Positions 52,193 through 61,650 are shown, counted from the stretch's first letter. The stretch: DNA of 64,000 bases from Bdellovibrionales bacterium (GCA_027459485.1 DAIDIG010000008.1:7402-71401), one strand, 5' to 3'. Translations and numbers: made by a program. Notes: generated from the sequence alone by a model not told the origin.

Positions 52193-52822
52193 TCACACAC
52201 CGCGAACTGAAGGAGACCAGATATACTTATGAAGTTGCAATTGCAACCGTGCAGTTGATTTTTGCTGCAAAATTTTTTCGGCGAGCCAGCGAGGGTCAAT
52301 TATTTCGAAGCTTGGGCTATAGAGCACGACATTTTTTTCAGCGATGCAATACTGCTTGACGAATGCTTCGGACCAAAAAAAATCTTCGTCCGATCCGATG
52401 ACAAATTTAAATTCACTGTTAGGTCGGGTCAGATTTTGGAGCTTAAACCGCCCGAGTTCGCCGCTGCTTGGAGTTTTAACGTCGATAACGCATCGAACGC
52501 GCGCGTCGACGGCAAGACAACTGATATCCCCGCTCGTTTCAACCGACACCGCGTAGTTTTGATCGCAGAGATGAGTTAAAAGCTCGAAAGATTCCTTTTG
52601 CAAAAGCGGTTCGCCGCCGGTTAAGCAGACTCGCTTTGACGGGTAAGCGGCGATCGCGCTTAAAACCTCAGGGACCGTCATTTGGCGACCCTCATGGTAG
52701 GCGTATTTTGTATCGCAATAGGTGCAGCGCAGGTGACAACCTGAGGTGCGAACGAATATCGTCGGGCACCCGACTAAAGTCGATTCACCCTGAATGCTGA
52801 AAAAAATCTCGTTAATTTTCAT
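52193..52822 (-). CDS. queE: 7-carboxy-7-deazaguanine synthase (radical SAM)
   Basis: 209-aa ORF with N-terminal INEIFFSIQGEST and the CX3CX2C-type cluster CHLRCTYCDT. Confidence 0.9.
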   Translation of the reverse strand: MKINEIFFSIQGESTLVGCPTIFVRTSGCHLRCTYCDTKYAYHEGRQMTVPEVLSAIAAYPSKRVCLTGGEPLLQKESFELLTHLCDQNYAVSVETSGDISCLAVDARVRCVIDVKTPSSGELGRFKLQNLTRPNSEFKFVIGSDEDFFWSEAFVKQYCIAEKNVVLYSPSFEIIDPRWLAEKILQQKSTARLQLQLHKYIWSPSVRGV

Positions 52823-52869
52823 TCGCGCCCAGACTACTAATCGTTGGTTTGAATCAGTAAACTAAACCC

Positions 52870-55242
52870 ATGAGTCAACTTTTTAAGCGTTTCAGCAGGG
52901 ATATCATCGGGCTCATTTGGCTGTCCACGGGTATTTTTTTAGCATTGGCCCTGGCCACATACCATCCGACAGACCCCTCGCTGAATTCAATCAGTAGTCA
53001 TAGTGTAAGAGTACATAATGCCTGCGGGTACTTCGGGTCATTTCTTGCCGACATTCTCTTTCAGCTTGTGGGTTTCAGCGCGTGGCTCATCGTTTTGAGT
53101 CAGTTCAAGCTGGCATGGAAAAGTTTTCGGGGCGGCGAAGGTAAAAAATCCCGTCTCGGCGGGCTATGGGTTTGTCTTTTTCTGTTAACCGCAGCGAGCC
53201 TCTTTGCGCTCTATCTGCCCAACCACCGGTACTTTTCCGGCCAGGTACTTGCAAGCGGGATGCTCGGTGCCATGATTGAGCGCGCTCTCGTTCGCGTTTT
53301 CAACCCTACCGGCGTGGCCATCATCCTATGGACGTCGTCTCTTATTTGGCTTGTGTTTTACACCGAAAAAACATTGGGCGAAATGCTCAAAGGGGCAAAC
53401 AAAATCAGTGGGCCTATTGCTGTCTCTCTAGCGAATGCTCGCAAGATTTGGGGTCGCCTCGCTCCCAAACTAGCAAGTGCATTTGAAAGCCCGCAAATTC
53501 TAATCGCGAATGCCGACTCATCGTCAGCACAGCACAACGCCCTGATCGAGCCGCGGAGCGCACAGAAAAGCCAGTCGCCGCAATTTTTCACGATTGATGA
53601 GCGAAATAAACCAAATTTTGGTGAAATAAACATCGAACCTGCGGATGATAGTGAAAAAGTCGAAGAAGCCCCAAAAAAGCGAGCCATCAGTTTAAAAAAG
53701 CCGATTCAAACGCGCATTGAAAATTGGGAGCTGCCCAAACTTTCGATGCTCGAAGATCCGCCGTTTAATCGCAAAAAGATAGAGGAGCGTGAAATTCGCG
53801 ACAAAGCGCAACGGCTTCTCAATAAGCTCAAACATTTTGGTATTACGGGTGAGGTCGTCGGCGCCAAGCCGGGGCCGGCGGTCACGATGTTCGAGTATAA
53901 GCCGAATGCCGATGTCAAAATCAGCCGGATCACCGATCTAGCCGATGATTTGTCTCTAGAACTCAGCAGCGAATCGGTCAGGATCATCGCGCCCATCCCC
54001 GGCCGCGACGTCGTGGGGATTGAAACTTCGAATTCAAGTCGCGAAACTGTCTATTTAAAAGAAATACTCGCCAGCGAAGAATTTTGGGATGAAAAAATCG
54101 CGCTGCCGTTGGCGCTCGGGTGCGAGGCCGACGGCTCACAGAAAGTGGTCGACTTAAGAAAGATGCCTCACCTGCTCGTCGCCGGCACAACCGGCTCAGG
54201 CAAATCGGTTTTTGTCGTGTCGCTTTTGACGGGTCTTCTTTTTCGGCATTCTCCCAAAACATTGAAACTCATTTTGATTGACCCAAAGCAGGTGGATCTC
54301 GCCTCATTTTCGCGGGTCCCGCACCTTGCGATGCCGCCGATTCGCGAACCCAAAAAGGCGATCAATGCGCTTCGGTGGTCCATCCGCGAGATGGAAAAAC
54401 GCTACCGTTCAATGGCAAAATTCGGCGCGCGCGACATCGAATCGTTTAACAAAACCGTCGGCAAATTAAACGCGTCGGATATCGCCGAACACGAACGTAT
54501 CAACCAGGAGTACGAAGGCGCGCTGCAGACTGCGCAAACCTATTATTATTCGGCACAACCCTACACGATTATTGTTGTTGAGGAGTTCGGCGATTTGATG
54601 GCCGTAGATAAAAGCAATGTTGAAACGGGCGTCGTGCGCCTGGCGCAAATGGCTCGCGCTTGCGGCATTCACTTGATTTTGGCTATGCAAAGCCCGCGTA
54701 AGGATGTGGTCACGGGTCTTATCAAAACGAACATCCCCGGCCGGGTGAGTTTTAAAGTCGCGAGTAAAATGGATTCACGAATCATTTTAGATGAGAGCGG
54801 AGCCGAACGGCTTTTGTCTCGTGGCGATATGCTTTTTCTTGCCCCCGGCGTTTCGAAACCGCTTCGGCACCACGGGCCGTGGGTGACCGATGCTGAAATT
54901 CAAAGCGTTTGCCAGTTTTGGACGTCGCAGGCCGAGCCCGAGTTTGACCCAACAGCGATGCGAGCTCTAGAAGGTTCGGCCGGCTCTGGGCCTTCTCCAG
55001 ACGGTGAGAGCTCAGACGGATTTGAAGGCGATGCCATGGACGGAGAATTCGATGAGCGCTATGACGAAATACTTGCGTATGTTTCAACTTTAAAAGAAGT
55101 GAGTGCGTCTCATATCCAAACACGATTTCGCCTCGGTTACCCGAGAGCGGCTCGGTTGATGGAAGTCTTAGAAAATCAAGGGGTTGTCGGCCCCGCCAAC
55201 GGCAGTAAAAAACGACAGGTTTTAGTTAACGAGCTCAAGTGA
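52870..55242 (+). CDS. ftsK: DNA translocase FtsK
   Basis: 790-aa ORF with N-terminal TM helices, a linker, a motor domain with Walker A GTTGSGKSV and Walker B IIVVEEFGDLM, and a C-terminal gamma winged-helix (ASHIQTRFRLGYPRAARLMEVLENQGVVGP). Confidence 0.95.
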   Translation: MSQLFKRFSRDIIGLIWLSTGIFLALALATYHPTDPSLNSISSHSVRVHNACGYFGSFLADILFQLVGFSAWLIVLSQFKLAWKSFRGGEGKKSRLGGLWVCLFLLTAASLFALYLPNHRYFSGQVLASGMLGAMIERALVRVFNPTGVAIILWTSSLIWLVFYTEKTLGEMLKGANKISGPIAVSLANARKIWGRLAPKLASAFESPQILIANADSSSAQHNALIEPRSAQKSQSPQFFTIDERNKPNFGEINIEPADDSEKVEEAPKKRAISLKKPIQTRIENWELPKLSMLEDPPFNRKKIEEREIRDKAQRLLNKLKHFGITGEVVGAKPGPAVTMFEYKPNADVKISRITDLADDLSLELSSESVRIIAPIPGRDVVGIETSNSSRETVYLKEILASEEFWDEKIALPLALGCEADGSQKVVDLRKMPHLLVAGTTGSGKSVFVVSLLTGLLFRHSPKTLKLILIDPKQVDLASFSRVPHLAMPPIREPKKAINALRWSIREMEKRYRSMAKFGARDIESFNKTVGKLNASDIAEHERINQEYEGALQTAQTYYYSAQPYTIIVVEEFGDLMAVDKSNVETGVVRLAQMARACGIHLILAMQSPRKDVVTGLIKTNIPGRVSFKVASKMDSRIILDESGAERLLSRGDMLFLAPGVSKPLRHHGPWVTDAEIQSVCQFWTSQAEPEFDPTAMRALEGSAGSGPSPDGESSDGFEGDAMDGEFDERYDEILAYVSTLKEVSASHIQTRFRLGYPRAARLMEVLENQGVVGPANGSKKRQVLVNELK

Positions 55243-55287
55243 CCGCTTGCTGAACGGCCGGGCAAAGCATAAGCTTCACGGCGAGGC

Positions 55288-56145
55288 ATGCGGTCATTTA
55301 ATGTTTTCATAAGCATAGCATTATTAGCAGGTTCCCTCTTTGCGGCTCAAAACAAAGTCGTGCCAGCGCGCGCGTCGCGCGCCATCGCGGCGGCCCGCCA
55401 AAAAATTCTCGACGGTGATCGTGTCGCCGCGCTGCAAATATTGAAAGCGGCTTTGCTAAACGAAAAAGACCCGGCGCGAATGACACGTCTACAAAACGAA
55501 GTGACCCACTTGAGCGAGTTGTTTCTCACAAACGACGGTCAGAAAAAATTTGAGCTTGCTGAATCGGATCGACATTCGGGCGGGCCTGATTACCTTTCCA
55601 TCTACGATGATGCGCTCAAGTTAGAACCAGGAAATACCCGAATCATGGCCGGGTATGTGTTGGGGCTGATAGCGAAAAAAGAGTGTCGAAAGGCACTGGA
55701 CGAAGCTGCGGAAATTCAAGAGAGCGATCCGAACATGCCGGAGCTACGTTATCTCACCTTTCGCGCGCAGTTGTGCGCCGACCCGAGTGCTTTGACGACG
55801 AAAAATGACCTTGCGCTCGACGCCGATAAATTTTCTGCCATTTACCGAAAAGTGGCTCGCTCTGAAGAAGAGTTCGACCGCGGCGACGTGCAAAGTGCCC
55901 TTGAGTTCGCCCGGGCAGCCATAAAGATCGATGACAAATTCCCGGAGAGTTACTACTGGGCCTATAAGGCTGAGCAGGCGGACGGCCGTGGTGTTGACGA
56001 CGCACAGAGGTTTCTTTACCTGTGTAAGGGTTTGAGCGCTCAAACCCGGCGGCGCTATAATTATGAACCCATGCTCTGTACTCAGGTCGACGAAGCTGAG
56101 CAATACGTGCAAAATGCGGAGGCACAAAAACATGAGGGTGCATAA
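55288..56145 (+). CDS. Hypothetical secreted helical-repeat (TPR-like) protein
   Basis: 285-aa ORF with a signal peptide (FISIALLAGSLFA/AQ) and helical repeats. No family was recognised. Confidence 0.6.
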   Translation: MRSFNVFISIALLAGSLFAAQNKVVPARASRAIAAARQKILDGDRVAALQILKAALLNEKDPARMTRLQNEVTHLSELFLTNDGQKKFELAESDRHSGGPDYLSIYDDALKLEPGNTRIMAGYVLGLIAKKECRKALDEAAEIQESDPNMPELRYLTFRAQLCADPSALTTKNDLALDADKFSAIYRKVARSEEEFDRGDVQSALEFARAAIKIDDKFPESYYWAYKAEQADGRGVDDAQRFLYLCKGLSAQTRRRYNYEPMLCTQVDEAEQYVQNAEAQKHEGA

Positions 56146-56329
56146 ATTTTTAATGCTATTGCTGCCGCTCGCGGCTTTTTTTCTCGCGCATTGCGGGGTC
56201 AAGGGAGATCCCGTAGCGCCCGAAATTCCACCCGTCATCGGCAACGGGCACCCAACCGTTAAGCGTGTATATAAAAAATCGAAAGCGGATACGCAGGACG
56301 ACGACAATGACGACAACTCAGACAACTAA
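56132..56329 (+). CDS. Small lipoprotein, LptM/YifL-like
   Basis: The ATG at 56132 is preceded by GGAGG. The sequence MRVHKFLMLLLPLAAFFLAHCGVKGDP carries a lipobox and the CGxKG motif I recall from E. coli YifL/LptM, followed by an acidic tail (DDDNDDNSDN). It overlaps both neighbouring genes. Confidence 0.55.
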   Translation: MRVHKFLMLLLPLAAFFLAHCGVKGDPVAPEIPPVIGNGHPTVKRVYKKSKADTQDDDNDDNSDN

Positions 56330-57215
56330 ATTCAAAGGCGTTCTAACCGCACTTGTAACGCCATTCAAAAACGGGCGCGTGGATTTTACCTCTCTTCGCC
56401 GACTCGTACAGCATCAAATCGAAAATGGCATAAACGGGTTTGTGGTGAACGGTACAACCGGTGAAAGCCCGAATCTGACGGATTCAGAGGTAGAAAAAAT
56501 ATTTCGATTCGTTAAGAAAGCGGCCAAGGGAAAAGTCTCGGTAGTATTAGGTACCGGCTCGAACAGTACAAGCGCGGCAATTTTGAAAACAAAAAAGGCC
56601 GCGGTGTGGAAGGCGGACGCCGCGCTCGTGGTCACGCCGTATTACAATAAGCCGCCGCAGCGCGGTCTGATCGCCCATTTTCAGGCGGTTGCAAAAGCGT
56701 CGCCCAAGACGAAAATCATTTTGTATAACGTACCCGGCCGCACGGTCGTGAGTCTTACGGCTGAGACAATTGTCGAACTTTCGAAAACGAAAAACGTTGT
56801 GGGAGTCAAAGAAGCTTCGGGGCAAGTCGGTCTCGTGCCGGCGCTGAGAGCACAAACGAAAGAAGGGTTTTTATTGGCGAGCGGAGATGACGCCAGCTGC
56901 ATCGACTTTGTGCTCGCCGGCGGCGATGGCGTGATTTCGGTTGTGTCGCATGTGATCCCCGCCGCTATGAGTGCGTTGATAGATCGCGCGCGAAAGGGCG
57001 ACGAATCAGCCCGCGACGAATTCGCAAAATATAGAAACTTGATTGATTTGATGGGTGTCGAAGCAAATCCGATACCGGTTAAAATGGCGCTTTATCTTCA
57101 GGGGCTGATTGACTCACCCGAACTGCGGTTGCCGTTAGTCCCGCTTGCGCCCGAGTACAGAGCGCAAGTCGCGGAGGAGCTTAAAAAATTCTCGCGCCTC
57201 TCGAGGTCGAAATGA
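56307..57215 (+). CDS. dapA: 4-hydroxy-tetrahydrodipicolinate synthase
   Basis: Start is the ATG at 56307 (MTTTQTTKFKGVLTALVTPF). Motifs are VNGTTGESPNL, YNKPPQ and the active-site Lys region VVGVKEASG. Confidence 0.93.
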   Translation: MTTTQTTKFKGVLTALVTPFKNGRVDFTSLRRLVQHQIENGINGFVVNGTTGESPNLTDSEVEKIFRFVKKAAKGKVSVVLGTGSNSTSAAILKTKKAAVWKADAALVVTPYYNKPPQRGLIAHFQAVAKASPKTKIILYNVPGRTVVSLTAETIVELSKTKNVVGVKEASGQVGLVPALRAQTKEGFLLASGDDASCIDFVLAGGDGVISVVSHVIPAAMSALIDRARKGDESARDEFAKYRNLIDLMGVEANPIPVKMALYLQGLIDSPELRLPLVPLAPEYRAQVAEELKKFSRLSRSK

Positions 57216-57907
57216 GACGGGGGTTTATCATCTCTGGCGCTGCCGGGCGGATGGGTCAAGAAATCGTCCATCTTCTTGAAACGCGACGGGCCGAAATAAT
57301 TGCCACGATCGACCATCGCGGTCGGGGCACGCACGAATCGATTCGTGAATTGCAAATCGTTGGGGGCGGTAAAGGCTGTGTGCTGATTGATTTTTCGTCG
57401 CCGACCGGGCTATTAGAGTGCTTGAAATGGTGCGAGAAGCACAGAGTTCCAATTGTAAGCGGCACGACGGGGATATCTGATAGACACCATCGAGCACTTA
57501 AAGCGGCGGCTAAGAAAGTTCCCGTCTTGTGGTCGCCCAACATGAGCCGCGGCGTAAACATAATGAATGAAATCATTCGCGAGTTTGGCCACATCCTTGG
57601 CGATTTCGACGTTCAAGTCGAAGAGGCTCATCACAAACGTAAAAAAGATCGGCCAAGCGGCACGGCGCGGCTTTTGCAAACATCACTTTGCGACGCCACG
57701 GGCCGAAAGGTGCCAGCTCCGATATCCATTCGTGGCGGAGGAATTTTTGGTATCCATAAACTCTGGGCCATGAGCGAAAGCGAAGTGTTAACGATCGAGC
57801 ATACGGCACTCAATAGAAAAGTCTTCGCAGAGGGCGCTATAGAGGCTGCGGTTTGGCTATCGAATAAAAGGCCGGCGCTTTACGCTTACCGGGATTTATT
57901 AAAATGA
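57212..57907 (+). CDS. dapB: 4-hydroxy-tetrahydrodipicolinate reductase
   Basis: 231-aa ORF with the NAD motif ISGAAGRMG and the catalytic signature EAHHKRKKDRPSGTA. Confidence 0.9.
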   Translation: MRRGFIISGAAGRMGQEIVHLLETRRAEIIATIDHRGRGTHESIRELQIVGGGKGCVLIDFSSPTGLLECLKWCEKHRVPIVSGTTGISDRHHRALKAAAKKVPVLWSPNMSRGVNIMNEIIREFGHILGDFDVQVEEAHHKRKKDRPSGTARLLQTSLCDATGRKVPAPISIRGGGIFGIHKLWAMSESEVLTIEHTALNRKVFAEGAIEAAVWLSNKRPALYAYRDLLK

Positions 57908-58434
57908 AACCGGCAAATACGGTGTTGGTATCGATAAAGACTTTTTCTGATCAAAATCTCAGCGTGATGAGGTCCGTACTTCGGTCGACGAGTCAATTTT
58001 TAGAAATTAAAAAAGTATCGTCTATATACAGGGTAGATCGACCGGCCGAGAGTTTAGTGAGTCTTCGTGACATTCGAAAAGAAGAATATCTGGGGTGTTA
58101 TGCGCTGGTCTTTATGGCTAACGCAACGGTTGAACCCCGTGACCTGCTTGGGGAGTTGCAAGACGTCGAACGACGTCATCAGAAAGAATATCTTCACCGC
58201 TCAGTCAGCATTAATCTTTTGATGTACGGTGAAAGTGTCGTTATGTTGCCAGGATTGTCGATTCCCCACCCTGAAATGCATTTGCGGCCTGAAGAAATAG
58301 TCCTTTCGACAGAAGTGGCCGGCGAATTTCGGCATCCTGTTTTAAACGAGAATTTGGCAAAGCTTGCACAGCAATACGAAGGGGTAGAATGGGGCGATTT
58401 TTTTGCGCAGGGGCGCCCATTGCTTGATTCGTAA
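57904..58434 (+). CDS. HPPK (FolK)-like protein, divergent; predicted metal-binding Asp pair replaced
   Basis: 176-aa ORF with an HPPK-like layout (VSSIYRV..P, LLGELQDVERRH, LSIPHPEMHLRPEEIVL). It reads RSVSINLLMYG where E. coli FolK has RTLDLDIMLFG. Confidence 0.55.
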   Translation: MKPANTVLVSIKTFSDQNLSVMRSVLRSTSQFLEIKKVSSIYRVDRPAESLVSLRDIRKEEYLGCYALVFMANATVEPRDLLGELQDVERRHQKEYLHRSVSINLLMYGESVVMLPGLSIPHPEMHLRPEEIVLSTEVAGEFRHPVLNENLAKLAQQYEGVEWGDFFAQGRPLLDS

Positions 58435-58469
58435 CAGAGCGGTATGAGGTAAAATCGAGGAGCAATAAA

Positions 58470-59114
58470 ATGAAATTTTATATAGACACTGCTGACATTG
58501 AAGAAATTCGCCAAGCGAACCGCCGAGGTTGGGTTGACGGCGTCACTACCAATCCTAGCCTCGTCGCAAAAACCGGGCGGCGGCATCATGAGGTGATCAA
58601 AGATATTTGTCGTGAGGTGGACGGATTGGTTTCCGCCGAGGTTGTAAGCACCGAATCTGAGACCATGTTTAAAGAAGGGTTGGAGCTTGCAAAACTCGCA
58701 GACAACGTGGTTGTCAAAGTGCCGATGATCGAAGAAGGGCTCATAACGGTTAAAAAGCTAACGGCTGAACGTATCAAGACGAACGTCACGCTCGTGTTTT
58801 CGCCGATTCAAGCGCTGATGGCGGCGAAGGCCGGGGCAACGATCGTGTCACCATTCGTCGGCCGTGTGGACGACACCGGCGCAAATGGCATGAATTTGGT
58901 TAGTCAAATTATTCAGATTTATCAAAACTACGATTTGAATACTCAAGTTCTAGTGGCGAGTATTCGTCATCCCATTCATGTGCTCGAGTCCGCCTTAGTC
59001 GGTGCGCACATTGCCACCATGCCGTTTAACGTGATGAAGTCGCTCACGAATCATCCTCTCACCGACAAAGGTCTAGCTCAATTCTTGAAGGACGCGCAAA
59101 AGGTGCCACAATAG
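58470..59114 (+). CDS. tal: Transaldolase / fructose-6-phosphate aldolase family (short type)
   Basis: 214-aa ORF with MKFYIDTADIEEI, GVTTNPSL and the Schiff-base Lys region VVKVPM. Confidence 0.92.
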   Translation: MKFYIDTADIEEIRQANRRGWVDGVTTNPSLVAKTGRRHHEVIKDICREVDGLVSAEVVSTESETMFKEGLELAKLADNVVVKVPMIEEGLITVKKLTAERIKTNVTLVFSPIQALMAAKAGATIVSPFVGRVDDTGANGMNLVSQIIQIYQNYDLNTQVLVASIRHPIHVLESALVGAHIATMPFNVMKSLTNHPLTDKGLAQFLKDAQKVPQ

Positions 59115-59118
59115 CGAA

Positions 59119-59565
59119 ATGAACAAATATGCGCTCGCGGCCCTTATGTTTAGCGTTTTTGTGGTGTGTGGCTGTGCAAGTGAAAGTGTTGAGTACAACC
59201 ATCTAAATATCCCGCTCGTTGATTTGCAAACAGCCGCACATCTCGATATGCCCATTCGGAGCCGAAGAGTCAGCACAAACGGGCGCGAATTTTACTCGGA
59301 CTACTTTAAAATCGGTCGAAATGGCCGATTTCAGCAGGCTGAAAACGACACCGTTCGATATCAGGCTCGCGCGAAGATTTTGGGCGACGAGAGACCTTAC
59401 GACCTGATTATAATGGTGGCGGTCGAGGAGCGTGACAGCAGCGGAAATTACGCGACCGTTCGCTATGACAAAGCCATGGCAATGGTCATTCTAAGGCGTA
59501 TTCAAAAAACGCTCCACGAACGTCGAGAACATCACGGGAACATTGACGATTTCCGCGCATTCTAA
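59119..59565 (+). CDS. Hypothetical lipoprotein
   Basis: 148-aa ORF with signal peptide and lipobox (MFSVFVVCGC). No family was recognised. Confidence 0.6.
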   Translation: MNKYALAALMFSVFVVCGCASESVEYNHLNIPLVDLQTAAHLDMPIRSRRVSTNGREFYSDYFKIGRNGRFQQAENDTVRYQARAKILGDERPYDLIIMVAVEERDSSGNYATVRYDKAMAMVILRRIQKTLHERREHHGNIDDFRAF

Positions 59566-59586
59566 ATAGACTATCCATGAGTAGCC

Positions 59587-61650
59587 ATGGATGTGCGCTT
59601 AACGGGTCTTTCTTCTTTGATATTTCTGACGGCGTGGTTAACCCCTCGGCAATCCCACACCTCAGACTTTCGAAATTCATTTCGACCGCTCACGATCGCT
59701 ATCAATCGCTCATCGCCGGCTTTCGCAGCGATAGAGGCTGAGAGAGCTAACGCACAGTTTTCCAACTATAATACAGAAACAGGGCTCGCCGACCGATCAA
59801 TTAAATATATAAAGCTCAAAACCCGCCCACAACCTGTTGCCATTCAGTTACCGGCACTCGTTATTTCTCGCAAATTACCGACAGATCATCTCACTGCGAT
59901 GGTCGAGAGTTCAGCGACCGAGAACGATCCGACTCCAAGTCGTGCAGCTGCTTCACCGGCGAATATGTCGCTCGATCAATACGCGAATTATTTAGTCCAA
60001 AAAGAATTGGCCCGGCGTAAGTCTCAAATAAATGGTGAAGAGACTATCAAGGGTCAGTATGGAACGCCGATATTGGTTGCCCGCGCGTCAGATAATTTGC
60101 GGGCCCTATTGCCAACGAGGGAAGCAACAACCAACGGCCTTCTCATCGCGCAAAATTCTGTGCGTGCACCGGCGGATCTCAACCGCCCACTCGCGATGCC
60201 GCTTTTGCCTTCAAAGCAGTTTCATGTTGCTGGCACTATAACAATGGCCGGCGGTGCGGGTTACGTTGCGGGTGACCAACAGATCCTTATTCATCATGTG
60301 GTCAATGGGCTCACGCACAATAGCGGAACGCTTGATCCGACCAGCGGCCGCTTTGCCATCAACACCGACGATCTTAGTGGTCAAATAGTCGCCGAAGTTA
60401 GAGACGCGCACGGGCAGCTGTTAGCGCAAGGTGCCGTTGATCTACCGAAGAACAACAACAAGTCGGTAAATATTTCGGTTCTGCCCGTGTTTTCCGGTAC
60501 TGCGGGCGAAGTCGTTTCAACCAATGCCTTGGGCAGTCGACCAAAGGCCATCCCTGATGCAACTCTGATTATTCGAGGAATTGAGCGGATCGTCCCTTAT
60601 ATTTCGCGTGCAAAAGCGTATCTCGATGATCTTCTCGTTCAGCCATCCAATTATATTGTCGAGGCGACGCATCGAGACTATTGGCCGTCTTTAGCACTGG
60701 CAGAGAGTGGTGAGAAATTTCAGACGCAGCTTTTTCAGAATCAATTTCTTGAGAGTTTTCTTCAGCTCACTCTCGACAAATATGCGGCTCGAGATGCCGA
60801 GAACATGGGCCTTATTTGGGGTAAGGTCACAATGCAGGGCGAGCCGATTGAAGGCGCAAAGGTCAGCCTTGTTGGTGAAAACGCCCATGCGCCGGTTTAT
60901 TTTACGGGATTCATTCCTGACCTTGCGCGAAAAACAACGTCGCTCTCAGGCGAATTTGCGTTTTCGTCTTTGAACCCCGTTGAAACAGCGGTTCAAGTGT
61001 CATTAGGTAAAAAATCGTTTTGGCCCGTTTTACTGCCGATTCAGCCACACACAGTCAGCTATGCCGATTTGAGAATCTCCCCCCCTCGTGATGTAGATTT
61101 CAGTGCGGCCGAAGCTTTTTCAAATGCTCCCAAAAGAGCTGCTGTCGTGCCGCTTGGTACGTCGGACGAGTTTTTCGTACCCGAGCAAGGCAGCCATCAA
61201 AAGGCATTGCAAACGGTAAAAGGAATGACGCTTCTTGAGGCAAAAACTGATAACCAACATGCCGTTACAAGACGAGTTCTTCATTCAAATCAAACGAGGC
61301 TCACGTTTCCATTTTTAAGAAACGCATGGCTTCGATACATGATTCAGAAATCCGCAGCTGTAAAACTGCCGAACAACGACGTTAGCGCGCTATTTTTCGT
61401 AACGGGCGATGACTACGACGTTACAATCGGCTCAGGCGGCGCACATCCGGGGCAAAAAATCGCGTACTTTAATTCGAAAGGGCAATTTTCAGCAAAACCA
61501 ACCATTGATGGCGGTTTTATTGTGTTTGGGTTGCCGCGTGGTTTTCAAACGATCACGATGAGTTCAAGTCATACCAAAAAAGTCGTCACGCGACTTGTGT
61601 ACGCTGACGATTATGCGGTCGCTGTTTCAAGTGTGAATTTGGGGTACTAA
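59587..61650 (+). CDS. Large hypothetical exported protein with carboxypeptidase-regulatory-like beta-sandwich segment(s)
   Basis: 687-aa ORF. The segment GKVTMQGEPIEGAKVSLVGEN...GEFAFSSL resembles the CarboxypepD_reg fold motif; the rest is unrecognised. The start codon is uncertain. Confidence 0.55.
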   Translation: MDVRLTGLSSLIFLTAWLTPRQSHTSDFRNSFRPLTIAINRSSPAFAAIEAERANAQFSNYNTETGLADRSIKYIKLKTRPQPVAIQLPALVISRKLPTDHLTAMVESSATENDPTPSRAAASPANMSLDQYANYLVQKELARRKSQINGEETIKGQYGTPILVARASDNLRALLPTREATTNGLLIAQNSVRAPADLNRPLAMPLLPSKQFHVAGTITMAGGAGYVAGDQQILIHHVVNGLTHNSGTLDPTSGRFAINTDDLSGQIVAEVRDAHGQLLAQGAVDLPKNNNKSVNISVLPVFSGTAGEVVSTNALGSRPKAIPDATLIIRGIERIVPYISRAKAYLDDLLVQPSNYIVEATHRDYWPSLALAESGEKFQTQLFQNQFLESFLQLTLDKYAARDAENMGLIWGKVTMQGEPIEGAKVSLVGENAHAPVYFTGFIPDLARKTTSLSGEFAFSSLNPVETAVQVSLGKKSFWPVLLPIQPHTVSYADLRISPPRDVDFSAAEAFSNAPKRAAVVPLGTSDEFFVPEQGSHQKALQTVKGMTLLEAKTDNQHAVTRRVLHSNQTRLTFPFLRNAWLRYMIQKSAAVKLPNNDVSALFFVTGDDYDVTIGSGGAHPGQKIAYFNSKGQFSAKPTIDGGFIVFGLPRGFQTITMSSSHTKKVVTRLVYADDYAVAVSSVNLGY

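Noticed and set aside
55744-56325. 193-aa and 129-aa minus-strand ORFs opposite the TPR-like and LptM-like genes.
   Set aside because: They have no signal sequence, motif or RBS support, whereas the sense-strand genes have signal peptides and SD sequences. Confidence in the sense genes is only moderate, so this rejection is less certain than the others.
59577-59741. 54-codon alternative-frame ORF starting at the ATG at 59577, overlapping the start of the 687-aa gene.
   Set aside because: It is short and has no motif. The long frame continues for 687 codons with domain-like segments.
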